This document shows positions 12,273-25,200 of a stretch of 64,000 nt of DNA, piece after piece. This DNA is from Octopus sinensis (Eukaryota). Location of the stretch: contig NC_043002.1 of the NCBI RefSeq assembly GCF_006345805.1, positions 78,802,001 through 78,866,000 of the forward strand, in the 5' to 3' direction. Each line of letters opens with the position of its first letter. Position 1 is the stretch's first letter. A program made the translations under genes and the position numbers. Under the pieces are notes generated by a model. The model had not been told where the DNA came from. It saw only the letters and a list, made by a program, of their open reading frames with translations, and did not search any database.

Positions 12273-13439
12273 ATATACGACGGGCTTCTTTCAGTTTCCA
12301 CCTACCAAATCCACTCCCAAGTCTTTGGTCAGTCTGAGGCTATAATGGGGCATAAAGGAATGTTAAAAGTTATTTTGGTTAACACTCTACCAATTCTGCT
12401 ATCCAATATACATTATTAAAATTTTGACCCCTATCATTGGTTGAGAGTCACCAGTTTTGGAGAAAACAATCGACCAAGTCAAACTCAATACTTGTTTGGT
12501 ATTTTATTTTGACCTCAGCTGAATTTGAATTCAGAGTATATATATCGATGTTTCCCTTTATCTTACGTTATTATAAACAATAGAGAGCCCTTTATGTTGT
12601 TGCATGTTCTACTAGAAATAGAAGCTAAATTTATCTAAAATAACTCCCAAATAAGAAAGACACATTAAATAGTGTAATTTAGGATATACTGTAACCGAAA
12701 AAGAAAAAAAAAGAATGTCTTAGGTCACAGGTCTGTCGGACCAAGAGCTAACCTGAGCTAAACAACAGCATAATAACACCTAACAGAAATGCTACAGTAA
12801 TGATATCCAACGTTAGGAGCTAAAATTCCAGGGCGTGCTAGAGATATATGTGAAAAAAATCTAAATCAGACTTCACCTGCCTTTCACTACCAATTAAATA
12901 GGGCTCCTAGTTAATTCGTCTGTCATTAAAGAGATGTTGAACTAACAAAAACTTGGAAAACGCTGAATTACAACATCGAACTACATGTTTTACAATATTT
13001 CTTTCGCTCCCCTGCTTTCTGAGTTACATTTTTTCCAGGGTCAGTTTTGATTTTCATTCCTCCAAGATTGACCAGGGAGACTCAATGTTGCCACGCTGTC
13101 TTTTAGAAATAGCAACCAAATCTCTCCCAAATCAACCTCCATTATCTTAAGCGAAGAATATTTTGGATACTCTAGAATTTTTGTATTTTTAAAAATAAGT
13201 ATAAGATAGTTATATGTGAAATGCTTTTGGTCATAGATCTGCAGAATTTATTTGGCTTGAGCCACATAACTGTAACTGTTTCAACACTATCTACATCTCC
13301 GCTAACAACCATCCCCCATCCACTTTCAACAATATCACCCCGCTCCCTCTCATTTACCGACATCAATTAGTTTCCAAATACTCCATATTTCTGAGGAGGG
13401 AAATTTGAATGTGAGACTTTCAAGCCTTTCTCAAGTATA

Positions 13440-14095
13440 TCGCAGACATAAGTAAAGTTTAGTCGCAACAGCCGAGAATTGAAACCGGGTAGCGAACTCG
13501 ACTCCCTTACAGCGCTCGCTCACCCTCGCGCTCAGCATCAGCAGTAGTAACAATCACAAAAATAACATTACACCACTAACAATAAATGACACACACGCAC
13601 ACATCAAGTACACCCTCGCCACCACCACCACCACGCCATAAAAAGTTACTGCTGATAGAATTCTGAACATCAGCGCTACTCTCTCTCTCTCTTTCTCTCT
13701 CCTCGCATATTTAAGTCAACTTCCCATCACTTTAATTTATTTCATATTGTTTTCTTTCACGGCGAAGAGAACAAAATCTGACAGTTGTAGTGCAAACAGT
13801 TGGTAGAAGATAATCCATCCAATCATATTTTTCAATCCTTCCACTCAGTTCTTCCTTTTTGTCTGCCTCGTGTTTTATAAAGCTTCACTTGTTTATTTGG
13901 CGGAGCTTAGAGTTGTCTTCTTAGTTCGGTCGGTTGGTTGGTCGACCGCCGCCGTCCTTGTTGATATTCGGTAGACTAAATAACTACAACTGGGGCGACT
14001 ATAACAAACAAACAAACAAAACGAAAGTGAAGAGGGGAGAAGTCCAGGTCCTGTTCAGTCAAACATTTGACCATACCAACTTCAACATCGCAGAG
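13440..14095 (+). promoter_or_regulatory. Candidate promoter and 5' UTR: CpG-retaining region with TATAAA (13876-13881) and Inr-like TTAGTT (13921-13926)
   Basis: Free of interspersed repeats, visibly richer in CpG than the depleted background, and directly upstream of the signal-peptide exon. The TSS cannot be determined. Confidence 0.55.
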
Positions 14096-14172
14096 ATGTC
14101 GTATCGCCACCGTGTTTTGGTGGTCGTCTGCCTGCTGTTTCTGTTGGATTACCTTTCGGAGGCTCATAATAG
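14096..14172 (+). CDS. First coding exon of an unidentified secreted or membrane protein (signal peptide MSYRHRVLVVVCLLFLLDYLSEAHN-R/S), phase-2 donor
   Basis: ATG with a purine at -3 and no upstream ATG in about 200 nt. Basic n-region, hydrophobic h-region, and an S-E-A cleavage-like motif. Consensus donor AG|GTAAGC at 14171-14178, followed by pyrimidine/AT-rich intron-like sequence. Confidence 0.8.
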
Positions 14173-15062
14173 GTAAGCACATTTATTAAATCAACAGAAA
14201 TATATTTCATTAATGTTTTTCCTATTTCATTCTTTCTTTCAGATTTTGCCTTTTCTTCACTTTTTCTTTTGAATTTTTCTTTCATTCTCTTAATAGATAT
14301 GTATGAAATGAGTTGACGTACGGAGAAATGCAACAGACGACAACTTTTAATTTCATTCAGTCAATGTGATTTCAATGTGATACTCAGTAATTTAATGTTA
14401 TAAAAAACAAAAGAAATAATATTATAATCATAGTTTCTCTGCTAATGTATATACGGAATCACCAAAAAGTTTATTTGTTTAATAGAGTTTCTGCTGATTT
14501 TTTTCCCTTGCCTTCTTTAAATCTGTAATTTGTTTCAGGAATAACTTGTAAATACTTATTTTCAGGATTTTGTTGTTGTTTTTAAAGTTAGGAGATTACT
14601 TTAGACAATGAAAAACTTTGCTCGGCAACATTTAAGAGTTGTACATTGTTTCAAAATCTTTTTAAACATCTACATATCATATTGCACCAATCACTTTAGG
14701 AAAAATGAAAGTAATAGGAAAGAATTAGGATAACTATTTATTTATATTTATTGTTTGTTCTCTATATTTAGCTTTAGACATATTTTTAACGGATATTTTC
14801 GGCAGTGTTGACGTGATATGGTTCCATTTAGAAAAAGAAACTGGATCGCAAACTCGGTTAAAAGTGATGGGCGAATGTAAAGAATATGTACACCCGGTGT
14901 TTAGGGTTAGGGTTTTTGTTACGCCGAAAACGGGTTGTGTACGTATTCTTTACCTCTGCCAAGCGATCAATACATATAAACTAGACTTCAGAAACTTGGT
15001 ACTAGAATCAACATTAGAATAGATACTATAAGTTAACTAATAACGAGGAAATACGTGCGTAC

Positions 15063-15093
<31 letters not shown>

Positions 15094-16638
15094 CACGTGC
15101 GCGTGTAATTATATCTTTTATCTTTTACTTGTTTCAGTCATACTGGGGTACCACCTTGAAATTTTTTTATTCGAATGAATCGATCCCAGTACTTCATTTT
15201 TTTTTTTTTTAGTTTGGTATTTATTCTATCGATCAATTTTGCCTAGCAGATAGGTTACATAAACACACCAACACCGGTTGTCATGTATATACACACACAC
15301 GACGGTCTTTTTCCAGTTTCCATCTACCAAATCCACTCACAAGGCTTTGCTTGGCCTAACTCTATAGTAGATGATGCTCGCTCAAGGTGTCATGCTGTGG
15401 GACTGATGTGTGTACACACACTCACATGTATATAAATTTTTTAGAAAAATTTCTTGATATATTAATCTTAAAAAAAGATTTTCATAAAATTAAGAATTAT
15501 TAATTACATATATATACATACACAAACACCTGACTGCCAGTAGATTTGGTAATCAAAAACTGAAAGAAGCTTATTGTATGCGTGTTAGTATTCCCTCGTC
15601 TTGACAGTGCACAACAATTGTAAATGAGCTTCACCATCATACAAGCAGTGTTGTTTGTTTCTAATCTTTTGTGAAAATGTGTCCAGCCATGGAGAAATAT
15701 TATCTTGCTTGGAAACAAATGACAATTGCAGACAAAAAAATGCATCCAGTCATAGAAAATCTACCTCAATACATTTTGTCTGTTTCATATAAGCATGAAA
15801 AAGTGTTCTTTAAAAATGGTGACATATAATCATTTAAACTCTATCTCCCATGCAAGCATAGGTTAGACAGTTTGACATGATCCAACAAAGCACTGTACTG
15901 CACTAAGCTCTGTCTGTTTTAGCATGGTATCTATGGTTGGATGCCCTTCCCTATACCAGTCACTTTACAGAGTGTTCTGGGTTCTTTTATTTCATTTTCT
16001 GGCACTAATAAGGTTGCCAAGTAAATTGCAAGACAAAGAAAAGATGCTCAACTGAGTGAGATTGATGCTGAAAGGGAGGTGGTATTATGTCAGGCTTTGA
16101 GGGGCTAAAGTATGAGAGATGGACAGGCAGAGGTGTCTTGTTATAAAGAAGATATGTGGCAATCCTACATTATTTAATAGGTGGGATTAATTGGAAAAAA
16201 AGATAATTATGGTGGTGGTGAGGTATGTTATTTTGTATATATACATATAGATAGATGATTGAGGAGAACCCCCCTTTGGTCACAAGTGACCATGGTATTG
16301 TACCTAGAAAGTTCCCCTCCAAAGTACAAGTCCAGGCAAGGTTTTTTGGGGAAGGCCAGCAGTCACCCATGCATACCACTCTCTCCTCTCCATGCCACCA
16401 ATGTTGTTCAAAGGAAGGAAGGGCAAGGGCTGATACAACTTGGCACCAGTGACATCACAATTCATTTCTACAGCTAAATGAACTGGAGCAAGATGAAATT
16501 AGGTGTCTTACTCAGGAACACAATGCACAGCCATCTAGGAATTGAACTCATATCCTTATGATTGCTAGCCTGGCACTCTAATCACAGAGTCATGTGCCTT
16601 CTAGATTGATGGTATGGCTGCCATAATCAAGTGGTTAA

Positions 16639-17199
16639 CCCTTTAGTATTCAAATCTGTTTTATGTTCAAACTGACTGGATCTGGCCTCTCACACCTACC
16701 CTACAATGTCATTCTAAAAATATACAATCACATCATCTAAATCTCAAAGCTAAGAGATAAGGTATGATTAATTGAAAATAATGAGAACAAGAGCACCCAG
16801 AGAGCGCAAACCTTCGCCAAAGCAACACCAACATCCTCTCAACTATTAGCCAGAGATGATTTTTGAAATGAGAATATCTGAAGTAAACTCAACTGCTCTC
16901 ACAAATGAGAATACTAAAAATGAACCCGACTGCTCTCAAAAGTCAAGTAAAAAAAAAAAACGGAAAAATAATCCAGAATTCTTGTCTAGTATTGGATCGA
17001 TCCCAAAATCTAATCAGTTCATGCCAGTTATGAGGCCAAACATCCCTGAAAGTTTAATTCAAGTCCATCCAGCGGTTCTTGAGATATCTTGTCCATGGAC
17101 AAACAAACAAACATGACTGAAAACAATACCTCCGCCTTAGCAAAGGCGGAGGTAATAAATAAGCATTACATTCGGCAGAGTAATCTGAATACCAAAGGG
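16639..17199. mobile_element. piggyBac-like MITE
   Basis: TTAA flanks (16635-16638 and 17200-17203); TIR CCCTTTAGTATTCA / TGAATACCAAAGGG. Confidence 0.75.
16786..17158 (-). mobile_element. Helentron/HINE copy nested in a piggyBac-like MITE
   Basis: Reverse complement of 4183-4539. Confidence 0.7.
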
Positions 17200-18120
17200 T
17201 TAAGGACATTATTTCTACAAGGAAGGGCTCAATACATTGTAATTAAATGTGAGCTTATATGCCATGTAACTATTAATTGTTCATCAAAGGCTTCAGTACC
17301 AGCAGGTTGAATCTTATCAGTTTCTTAAATGGCAGAATTGAACGTATTGGTTTCAAAATCTTTGTACAGTTGTTAGATGCTCTGTTTATAAATATATAAA
17401 TAAGGATATCCTGCAGGCGTGTATGATGCCCCAACCACCACAATGAAAGGTACACCATCTGTATGTGGTTCCAAAATGTCTGAATCTTGATCGGCACTGG
17501 GAGAGTGAAAAAAAAAAAAAAAAAAACGGGTATGCAAAATGTACCAACACAACAAATTTTATTTGACAACTCATTATGTGACATGAGTGCCACCCTCTAA
17601 CTGTTAGAAGCAGTTAAACAGGCAACAACTGAAAAAAAAAACATAAAAAAATAATAAAATAAGCAACCAGAAACCACAACCACCAAAGTTTTCAAATAAG
17701 AATTTACATGCATTTGTAAATTCACATCTGTGTGTATGCATGCACGCGCGCGCATGCACTCTCACACTCACATACACACACACACACAGACGCACAACTG
17801 TATAGTTGTTGACTTACTTGGGTTCATCCGCCCTTTGAAAAGTTTTGCTTTTCATTAAACAGGATGTCCAAAAATCCCATTCCTGATCAGGCAGGCTCAG
17901 TGGGTTGCTAGTTTAGTCACCAATAATCTGATCATGCAATAGGTTGAACAGAGTTATATATCATTTGTAGTATTCCTGATTAACCCAGCACAATATGTAT
18001 ACATTCGTACATGCTCACACAATTACAAGTATATAAATACATATTTAGACATGTATATATGTACACCACACATTTACACATACACCACACATTTACACAT
18101 ACTATATATATAGATAGATA

Positions 18121-18728
18121 GTTAATTTGAGGATGTTAGATCCACATTAAGGATTATATAATCTCAAAACATTCCACTGGTTAATCACTATCATACAATG
18201 AGAAAGTCTCTGTGATATGTTAAGAATTATTGTAGTAATACATATTAATATTGATAGAAAGAAAATGGAGAAAGATGGATGTATGAATAATTTATTTGTA
18301 TGATATAAAGATGTTGAAATTTAAAAAAATAATAATTCAAATAAATTATAAATTGTAAAGCTCAAAAAGAAAATGGGAGATGCGAAAAAGCCTACATATA
18401 TGTTTCAGTTCTAGCCCCTAGTTGATATGCAGTTCTAAGCATTTGGCTATATGCTAAGAATGGTATAATTTTTAACTATACGGGGCAGAACTTCTTCAGG
18501 GTTATCATGAGCTTATAGAACTAAAGTTAACTTGTTTCTTGGAAGGATGCATACAAAATAGAACTGAAACATATATGCAGATTTTTTCACATCTCCCATT
18601 TTCTTTTTAAGCTTTACAACTTATAATTTATTTGTATTATTATTTTAAAACAAAATTTCAATATCTTTATATCATGCAAATAAATTATTCATATATCCAT
18701 CTTTCTCCATTTTCTTTCTTTCAATATA
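18121..18728. mobile_element. Fold-back Penelope-like element remnant between TA-type microsatellites
   Basis: Inverted arms at about 18249-18413 and 18559-18728, an unpaired extension on the left, and a hammerhead on the minus strand. Confidence 0.7.
18388..18503 (-). ncRNA. Type I hammerhead motif with a long stem II insertion
   Basis: Minus strand reads AACC-CTGAAGA-AGTTCT-GCCCC...GGGGC-T-AGAACT-GAA-ACATATATGT-A-GGCT: 11-bp stem II with one bulge, palindromic stem III, GUA site, imperfect stem I. Confidence 0.7.
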
Positions 18729-18736
18729 TATATATA

Positions 18737-19762
18737 TGGGAAGAAACTAGAAGTAGTTGATAGCTTCCGCTACCTAGGTGACCATGTTAGTAGTGGGGGT
18801 GGATGCTCAGAGAGTGTTACCACTAGAATACGAATAGCCTGGGCAAAGTTTAGAAAGCTCTTCCCCTACTGGCGACAAAGAGTCTCTCATTCAGAGTGAA
18901 AGGTAGATTATACGATGCATGTGTGCGAACTGCCATGCTTCACGGCAGTGAAACATGGGCTGTGACTGCGAAGGACGTGTGTAGGCTTGAAAGAAATGAG
19001 GCTAGCATTATCTGCTGGATGTGTAATGTCAGTGTGCATGCACGACAGAGTGTAAGCGCCCTGGACAAGTTGGACATAAGAAGCATCGGATGTGGTGTGC
19101 AGGAGAGACGTTTGCATTGCTATGGTTATGTACTACAGATGGATGAGGAGAGATGTGTGAAGAAGTGCCATTCTCAAACAGTTGAAGGAATCCGGAGTAG
19201 AGGTAGACCCAGGAAGACATAAGATGAGGTGGTCAAGCATGACCTTCAAACATTGGGCCTCACAGAGGCAATGACAAAAGACCAAGACCTCTGGAGATAT
19301 GCTGCGACTGCGAAGACCCAACAAATGAAGTGATGGCCTGCTGTGATTACCTTGGATTGTAGGGCAACCTGCTGTACTTGAGGAGACCTATTGAGTCAAG
19401 TACATCAACATCAAAATAAAAATCAAATGGGAATTGTACTTGTGATACCCGTGCCAGTGACAGGTAAAAAACACTGTCCAAACATGGCTGATGCCAGCAC
19501 TGCCTTGACTGGCATCCCTGCCAGTGGCATGTAAAAGCACCAACCAATTGTGGACGTTGCCAGCCTCCTCTGGCCCTTGTGCCGGTGGCACGTAAAAAGC
19601 ACGCACTACACTCATGGAGTGGTTGGCATTAGGAAGGGCATCCAGCTGTAGAAACACTGCCAGATCAGACTGGTGCCTGGTGCAGCCTCCTGGCTTCCCA
19701 TGCGCTGGTCGAACCATCCAACCCATGCTAGCATGGAAAACGGACGTTAAACAATGATGATG

Positions 19763-19766
<4 letters not shown>
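18737..19766 (+). mobile_element. 5'-truncated RTE/RTE-X clade LINE: RT C-terminus, 3' UTR and (GAT)n tail
   Basis: LEVVDSFRYLG...RIRIAWAKFR, frameshift, then KGRLYDACVRTAMLHGSETW...RSRGRPRKT* and DLQTLGLTEAMTKDQDLWR. The 3' UTR ends GGACGTTAAACAATGATGATGAT. Confidence 0.9.
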
Positions 19767-19820
<54 letters not shown>

Positions 19821-19999
19821 GTACATGTGCATACACACATTTCTGAATAAAGCTACTTCAAGTAGCCCAAATTAACCATAGGTCTTCTTCTAATCCATGA
19901 GCTAAAAACCAGAGTATATAGTAAAACATCTTTATAAATGAGTCCCTTTTCAGGAAGGTTTTGAAATCAGTTTTGCTCTAAGGTCTGGAATGAAGAGAA

Positions 20000-20640
20000 G
20001 GATTTCAGTCAGAATGCATCATGGCTAGATTCACTCAAGAAACAATACTGTATTGGCATGAATAGTGAAATGTTCAACTGTGAAACATTTGCTAAAGTTA
20101 GGGAAAGCTGCCTAGGCACAAAGAAGTGATCTAATTGTTGGATACTGGTACAAGATGTTGAGATTCTTAAAAGAGTTACTGATGTATATATTTAAAAGAA
20201 CTAATGAAGGCCAGGTGATCTGCAAAATTTGTCATTGCACAGATAAATTTTGTAGTCAAAAATGAAAACATTGACTTGACAAAAGATTGTGTACCCATTA
20301 CTTGCCTGAATATTACATATATATTTTATGCAAGCTTGTGTAATTCTTTCATGACCATTTCAAGTCCAAGAAGGTATGTGACTTTTGAACAGGCATATAG
20401 AGAGAAAGGAGTTTTGGGATGTTTATAGTCAGCAACTTTGATAACTAAATCTGTGCTATCTGATACAAGAAAAGTATAATGAACCTTTTAACAGCATAGC
20501 TTTTGATTCTATTCCTTACTTATGGTTGATGGAGTCACTGCTCTTGAAAGGATCACTAAAAGACATTGTCAACAATCTTTACACATGGAACTGAATATCA
20601 AAGAACTGATTTTTTATGCTATAAATCTTTCAAAGGGAAA
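20000..20640 (+). pseudogene. Possible highly decayed pogo/Tigger transposase
   Basis: Scattered motifs in the expected order: ASWLDSLKKQYCI, TKDCVPITCLN, LMVDGVTA. Many stops and frameshifts. Confidence 0.35.
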
Positions 20641-22032
20641 ATTACAAAGAAACAGTCTCTGCTTCTATTTATTTTGGTGCAGTCATTTCTTTTACAAAGA
20701 CTAATAGTTATCTGTCAGGATTCACAACAGCATGAGGCACCAGTGTAATCCATGATTTCTATGTTGTTGATCTAAAGATCTATGCTGGAAATAATTACGA
20801 TGTTGAGAAAAGTTTACTTATATTTTTCAGTTGCTATAGGAACATTTTTTTTCTATATCCTCCCCAAATATTTACATCAGGGGTCTTTCTATCTCTCCTC
20901 TTCCTCACAACAAGTGATAGAAATCTAGATATTGAGGAAAATGTATCCTACAAAAATACTGTGAACCAATAGGGACCATCGGCTATTATATCAGACTTCA
21001 AAAAATATGGCAGTTGGAGTTTTCCTCATTATTCCACAAAGCATTTGCTGTACTAGTACTGATACTTTTGAGATGCTTCACTGGTCTATTCAGGAAATTG
21101 GCTTTATTAAATTTTGCAACATTCTAATAGCAACTAGAAGTTTCCACAAATAATTTTCTTTGTTTTCTAGTCAAGAAAAAGGCAGCACTCGGGACCCTTC
21201 ACTGATTTCTGAGACTGGTGAGAGGAAGGTATTATCAAACCAAAGACCTAGCCAAATACTGTGCACCAATGAAGCCAAGGAATAGTATTACACTGAGCAA
21301 CTGATTTTATCTTCAAGTATAGCATGATGGAATTTGAATTTAGGATGCAAGGCTGGAATAAACACTGCAAAGCATCTATTCCAATATTCTTACAATTCTT
21401 TCAATCCAGTGCATAATGAATTGGTACTTTTTTTTTTTTAAATAATCTCAAAAGGTAGTTGAGCTTAGCAGGATTTGAACTCAGAATGAAGTGAGCTGGA
21501 ATAATTACCACAAGGCATTACATCCAGTGCTCTAACAACTCTGCCAAATTGGCACCAATGTCAATTCACTGCCTGTGTGAATATGCTAATTAATGATAGC
21601 TGGCAGTCTTTATCTTGGGAGAAAGATAGGGATTGATAACAATTTAAGGGGTAATCTCAAAAAGTTGGGGTTTGCAGGCAAGCAAGGTGCTCAGCTATCA
21701 TGCACTTGGTAAATGCAACCTGTAAGTTGAACTGTAAAAGATATGCAAGACTTTCCTTAAGTTCAACATATTACTTCCACCATTGCCGTTAATGAAATTC
21801 TAATAATGGAGTTTAGTTTCTTATAGAAAGAAGATAGCACACATCTTTAGAAAGATAACACACATCTACAAACACAAAAGCACATGCATTTATACATATG
21901 AAATTGTATATACATACTCACATACACCTAGATAAAAATTGATGCATAAAAACATATTCAAATTTGTGTATGCTCAGTTGTATATGTGTATGCAAATACT
22001 TTCTATTTAGCATGTTTACATGCACAAGCATA

Positions 22033-22248
22033 TGAGAGGGTGCTGAAAAGTTCCTGGCTTTCAGTTACAGAAAATACAGGAGGACCAGTTAATTATGATT
22101 TTATTCAACATATTTCCTCTCAGATTCACACATTTATTGCAGTGGCTCTTCAGTCTTTCTAAGCCCCATAAAAGAACCTGGAAGGTTGGGCCTCCAACCA
22201 GGCCTCTTGTGATACCCTTAAAGCCAGGAATTCTTCAGCACTCCCTCG
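22033..22248. mobile_element. mariner-like MITE
   Basis: TA TSD; TIR YGAGRGRGTGCTGAARARTTCCTGGCTTT. Confidence 0.8.
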
Positions 22249-25200
22249 TAGCTGTTAACTATATTGTATATGCACACATACCTATATGTAACTTTCTTTC
22301 TTCCTCTTATACACATATAAACATAAAACCATAAGTTATGAGGAGAAAAGTTGTCAACTCCAGCATTTGATTGGTCCTGGAAGCACAGAAACAAAACCAA
22401 CCCAAGATAGACACAAGACAACTGAATTTTGAGGATGGAATAGTCAATTATATCAATCCCAGTTGATAATTAGGTGCCCTACGAATGCTTAATTATTTGT
22501 AATTTTTTTTCCTTTATGTTTCTCAAGGAAGTCTTTTCTCACTCTCTTGATTTCAGGATCATAATCATCACTGTGTAATTATCACCATTTTAATGTCCAA
22601 TATTCTTTCTTGGTACTTTTTATATTCATACTTCACTTATTCTACTGCAGTTTCTTGAGACTTCAATAATTGCCAAATCTCCTTTAAATCACATCCTGCC
22701 ATCTTGCAAAAGGACAGACACATTTGAATTACCTGGTCCTTTTGCACTGTACTGAAAAAAATGGGATGATTACAATTGGAACACCTGTGGTCATTGGTCT
22801 GCTCAGTTTGGTCCATACACTTTTTTGCATTCTTTTCTTTGTGAAGCAGCTAAACTTCCTCCTATAAATTACCTTAAGTAACACAGACCACATACTACTT
22901 TTAGTAAACTGTTTGTGTCGGTCATAAGTTTCCTCATATCTAACAACTCTTCACTGACCTTTTATCAATCTATTAAAAATCTTTATGCACTTGCTTACTG
23001 GACACACATAAGTGCAGACAAATATGATCAAATGTTTTCCAGCAGTGACCACTCCATTTTTTTCCTATACACAAAGACCTCAAGACCACATTTTAAAATG
23101 TGTACCTTTCAAAGATGGTAAGTGTAATGTGAGGGAGATATCTGGCTACTATTTCTAGCATGTTGAGCAACCATTAGTCCTTTGATTTTGGTGCAGTCTT
23201 TTTTTTTGCATTAGTTCCCTATATTAGCTTGGTATATTTATTTATTTTCAATTATCTTTGCAGCTTATGGCCGTTTCTAGTACCAATTATGCTCAATCAT
23301 GAAATTAGAGGAGTCAGTTGTTAATCATATAAAATGAGTTACATGCACAATTACTTATATTTTAGTCAGCTCTAATCAGTTATTTAGTGAAGCTAGGGCT
23401 TTGTACAATGGTGTCCGAAAAAGTACACATTCAGCAGACTGGTGATAAGAAGGTTTTTGACGATGGCAGTGGAAGGTCCATGATAGTGATGATAGAGGTG
23501 GTAGTGGTGGTAAAGAGAGGCTACTTATTAGGCTGACAGTATTTTCTCAAATTTGATTTAGTCCAGTGAATGAGAGTGAAGGTGGATAGCCTGGTGATTA
23601 GGGTGTTGCAGTCATGATCACAAGACCATGATTTTTGACTCCCAGACCAGGTGATGTGTTGTGTTCTTGAATAAAACACTTTGTGTTGCTCTGGTTCACT
23701 CAGCTGTAAACTAGTAACCCTGGAACGGACTGGTTTTCCATTTAAGGGCAATGTTGTAATCTCAGTCACTTATACACCATGGAATTTGGGTAACCGGCTT
23801 TATGTGTCCTAAGACTTGAGACAGGAATGACCAGTAAATGAGATCCACAGATACACCATTTCTTGTATGTACGCAGAATTCTGTTGTGGAGAGTATGTCT
23901 TGTTAAGCAAACTACAAATCATCATCATCATTTAATGTCTGTTCTCCATGATGGCATGGGTTGGAACGTTCGACAGGAGCTGCCCAGACTCCAATTTGTC
24001 TGTTTTGGCATGGTTTCTACAGTTGGATGCTTTTCCTAATGCCAACCACTTTGCAGTATGTATTGAGTACTTCTTCATGGCACTGGCCTGAGTGCTTTTA
24101 CATGGCACCAACACCCACGAGCCTGCAAGGCTAGGATTTATTGGCTGAGAGAGGGATGTAAAGGACATGCCTGTATGCATGGAAAGCCATGATTTTACTT
24201 AGCTTGACATGTCTTCTCAAGCACAGCAAACTGCCAGAAATCTCAGTCCCTTGTCATCTCCTCTGTGAGGCCCAATGTCCTGTCTGAAGATCCTTTCTCA
24301 CCATTTCATCCCACATCTTCCTGGTTCTACTCCTTCTAGACTTTCCTGTCATAATTAACAATTGATACTTCTTGATACATTTGTCTTTTCTTTTTCTAAG
24401 TTGGTTATGTGAGGTTCTAAAAGAAATTGTCAAAGATTATTAGACATATCATGTATAATGATTGTTTTACAGTCATACCACAGCCATTCTTTTTTCATAA
24501 TCTGGACTGAATGGTTCTGCAGTGGTAAATTATTATTTTTCTCAGCTCTGTATCATCTGCCAAATCCACAATCTCCATTCCTACAAGTAACAACAAAGAA
24601 CATCACTATGACCAAATATTATACAATAAAACACACACACACACACACTGAAGAAAAATTTGCTGGAATTATCTACAATATCTCTACAGCATTCAACCAT
24701 CACAACAAATATAGAATACATAGGAAATTGATGCATGAACACACCTGAGAATTCTTGGGCACAACATTTGGTTAGAAACAGCATTTGTGTACAAAGAATA
24801 TTTTATGAAGCTATCCTGCTTGTTTTCCCAATCTCTCTCTCTCTCTGTGAAATAACAAAGAATACAAAACAGTACTCTTTGCATCACTACAGATTGCACA
24901 CAGATCACATCAATAAACCATATATCATTTTTATAGATGACATAGTTTACAACTTCTTGAACCACTTCTACCCTGTTTATACTTTAGCTACTATTCCTGC
25001 ATTACATCCACCCACATGACTAGTAAACAGCACTCCATTGGTTACGACAAGAGTTCCAGTTGATCTGGTCAACAGAATAGCCTGCTTGTCAAATTAATGT
25101 GCATGTAGCTGAGCTTTCCACAGACACATGTATCTTTAAGATGGTTCTCAGAGAGATTCAGCGTGGCACAGAATGTGATATGGCTGGCCCTTTAAAATAC

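Noticed and set aside
13934-14176. 80-aa single-exon ORF from the ORF track
   Set aside because: It starts at TTG and its stop lies inside the splice donor; better explained as 5' UTR plus exon 1 from ATG 14096.
18062-18099. 19-bp tandem duplication (also a degenerate duplication of about 50 bp near 55883-55980)
   Set aside because: Ordinary slippage products.
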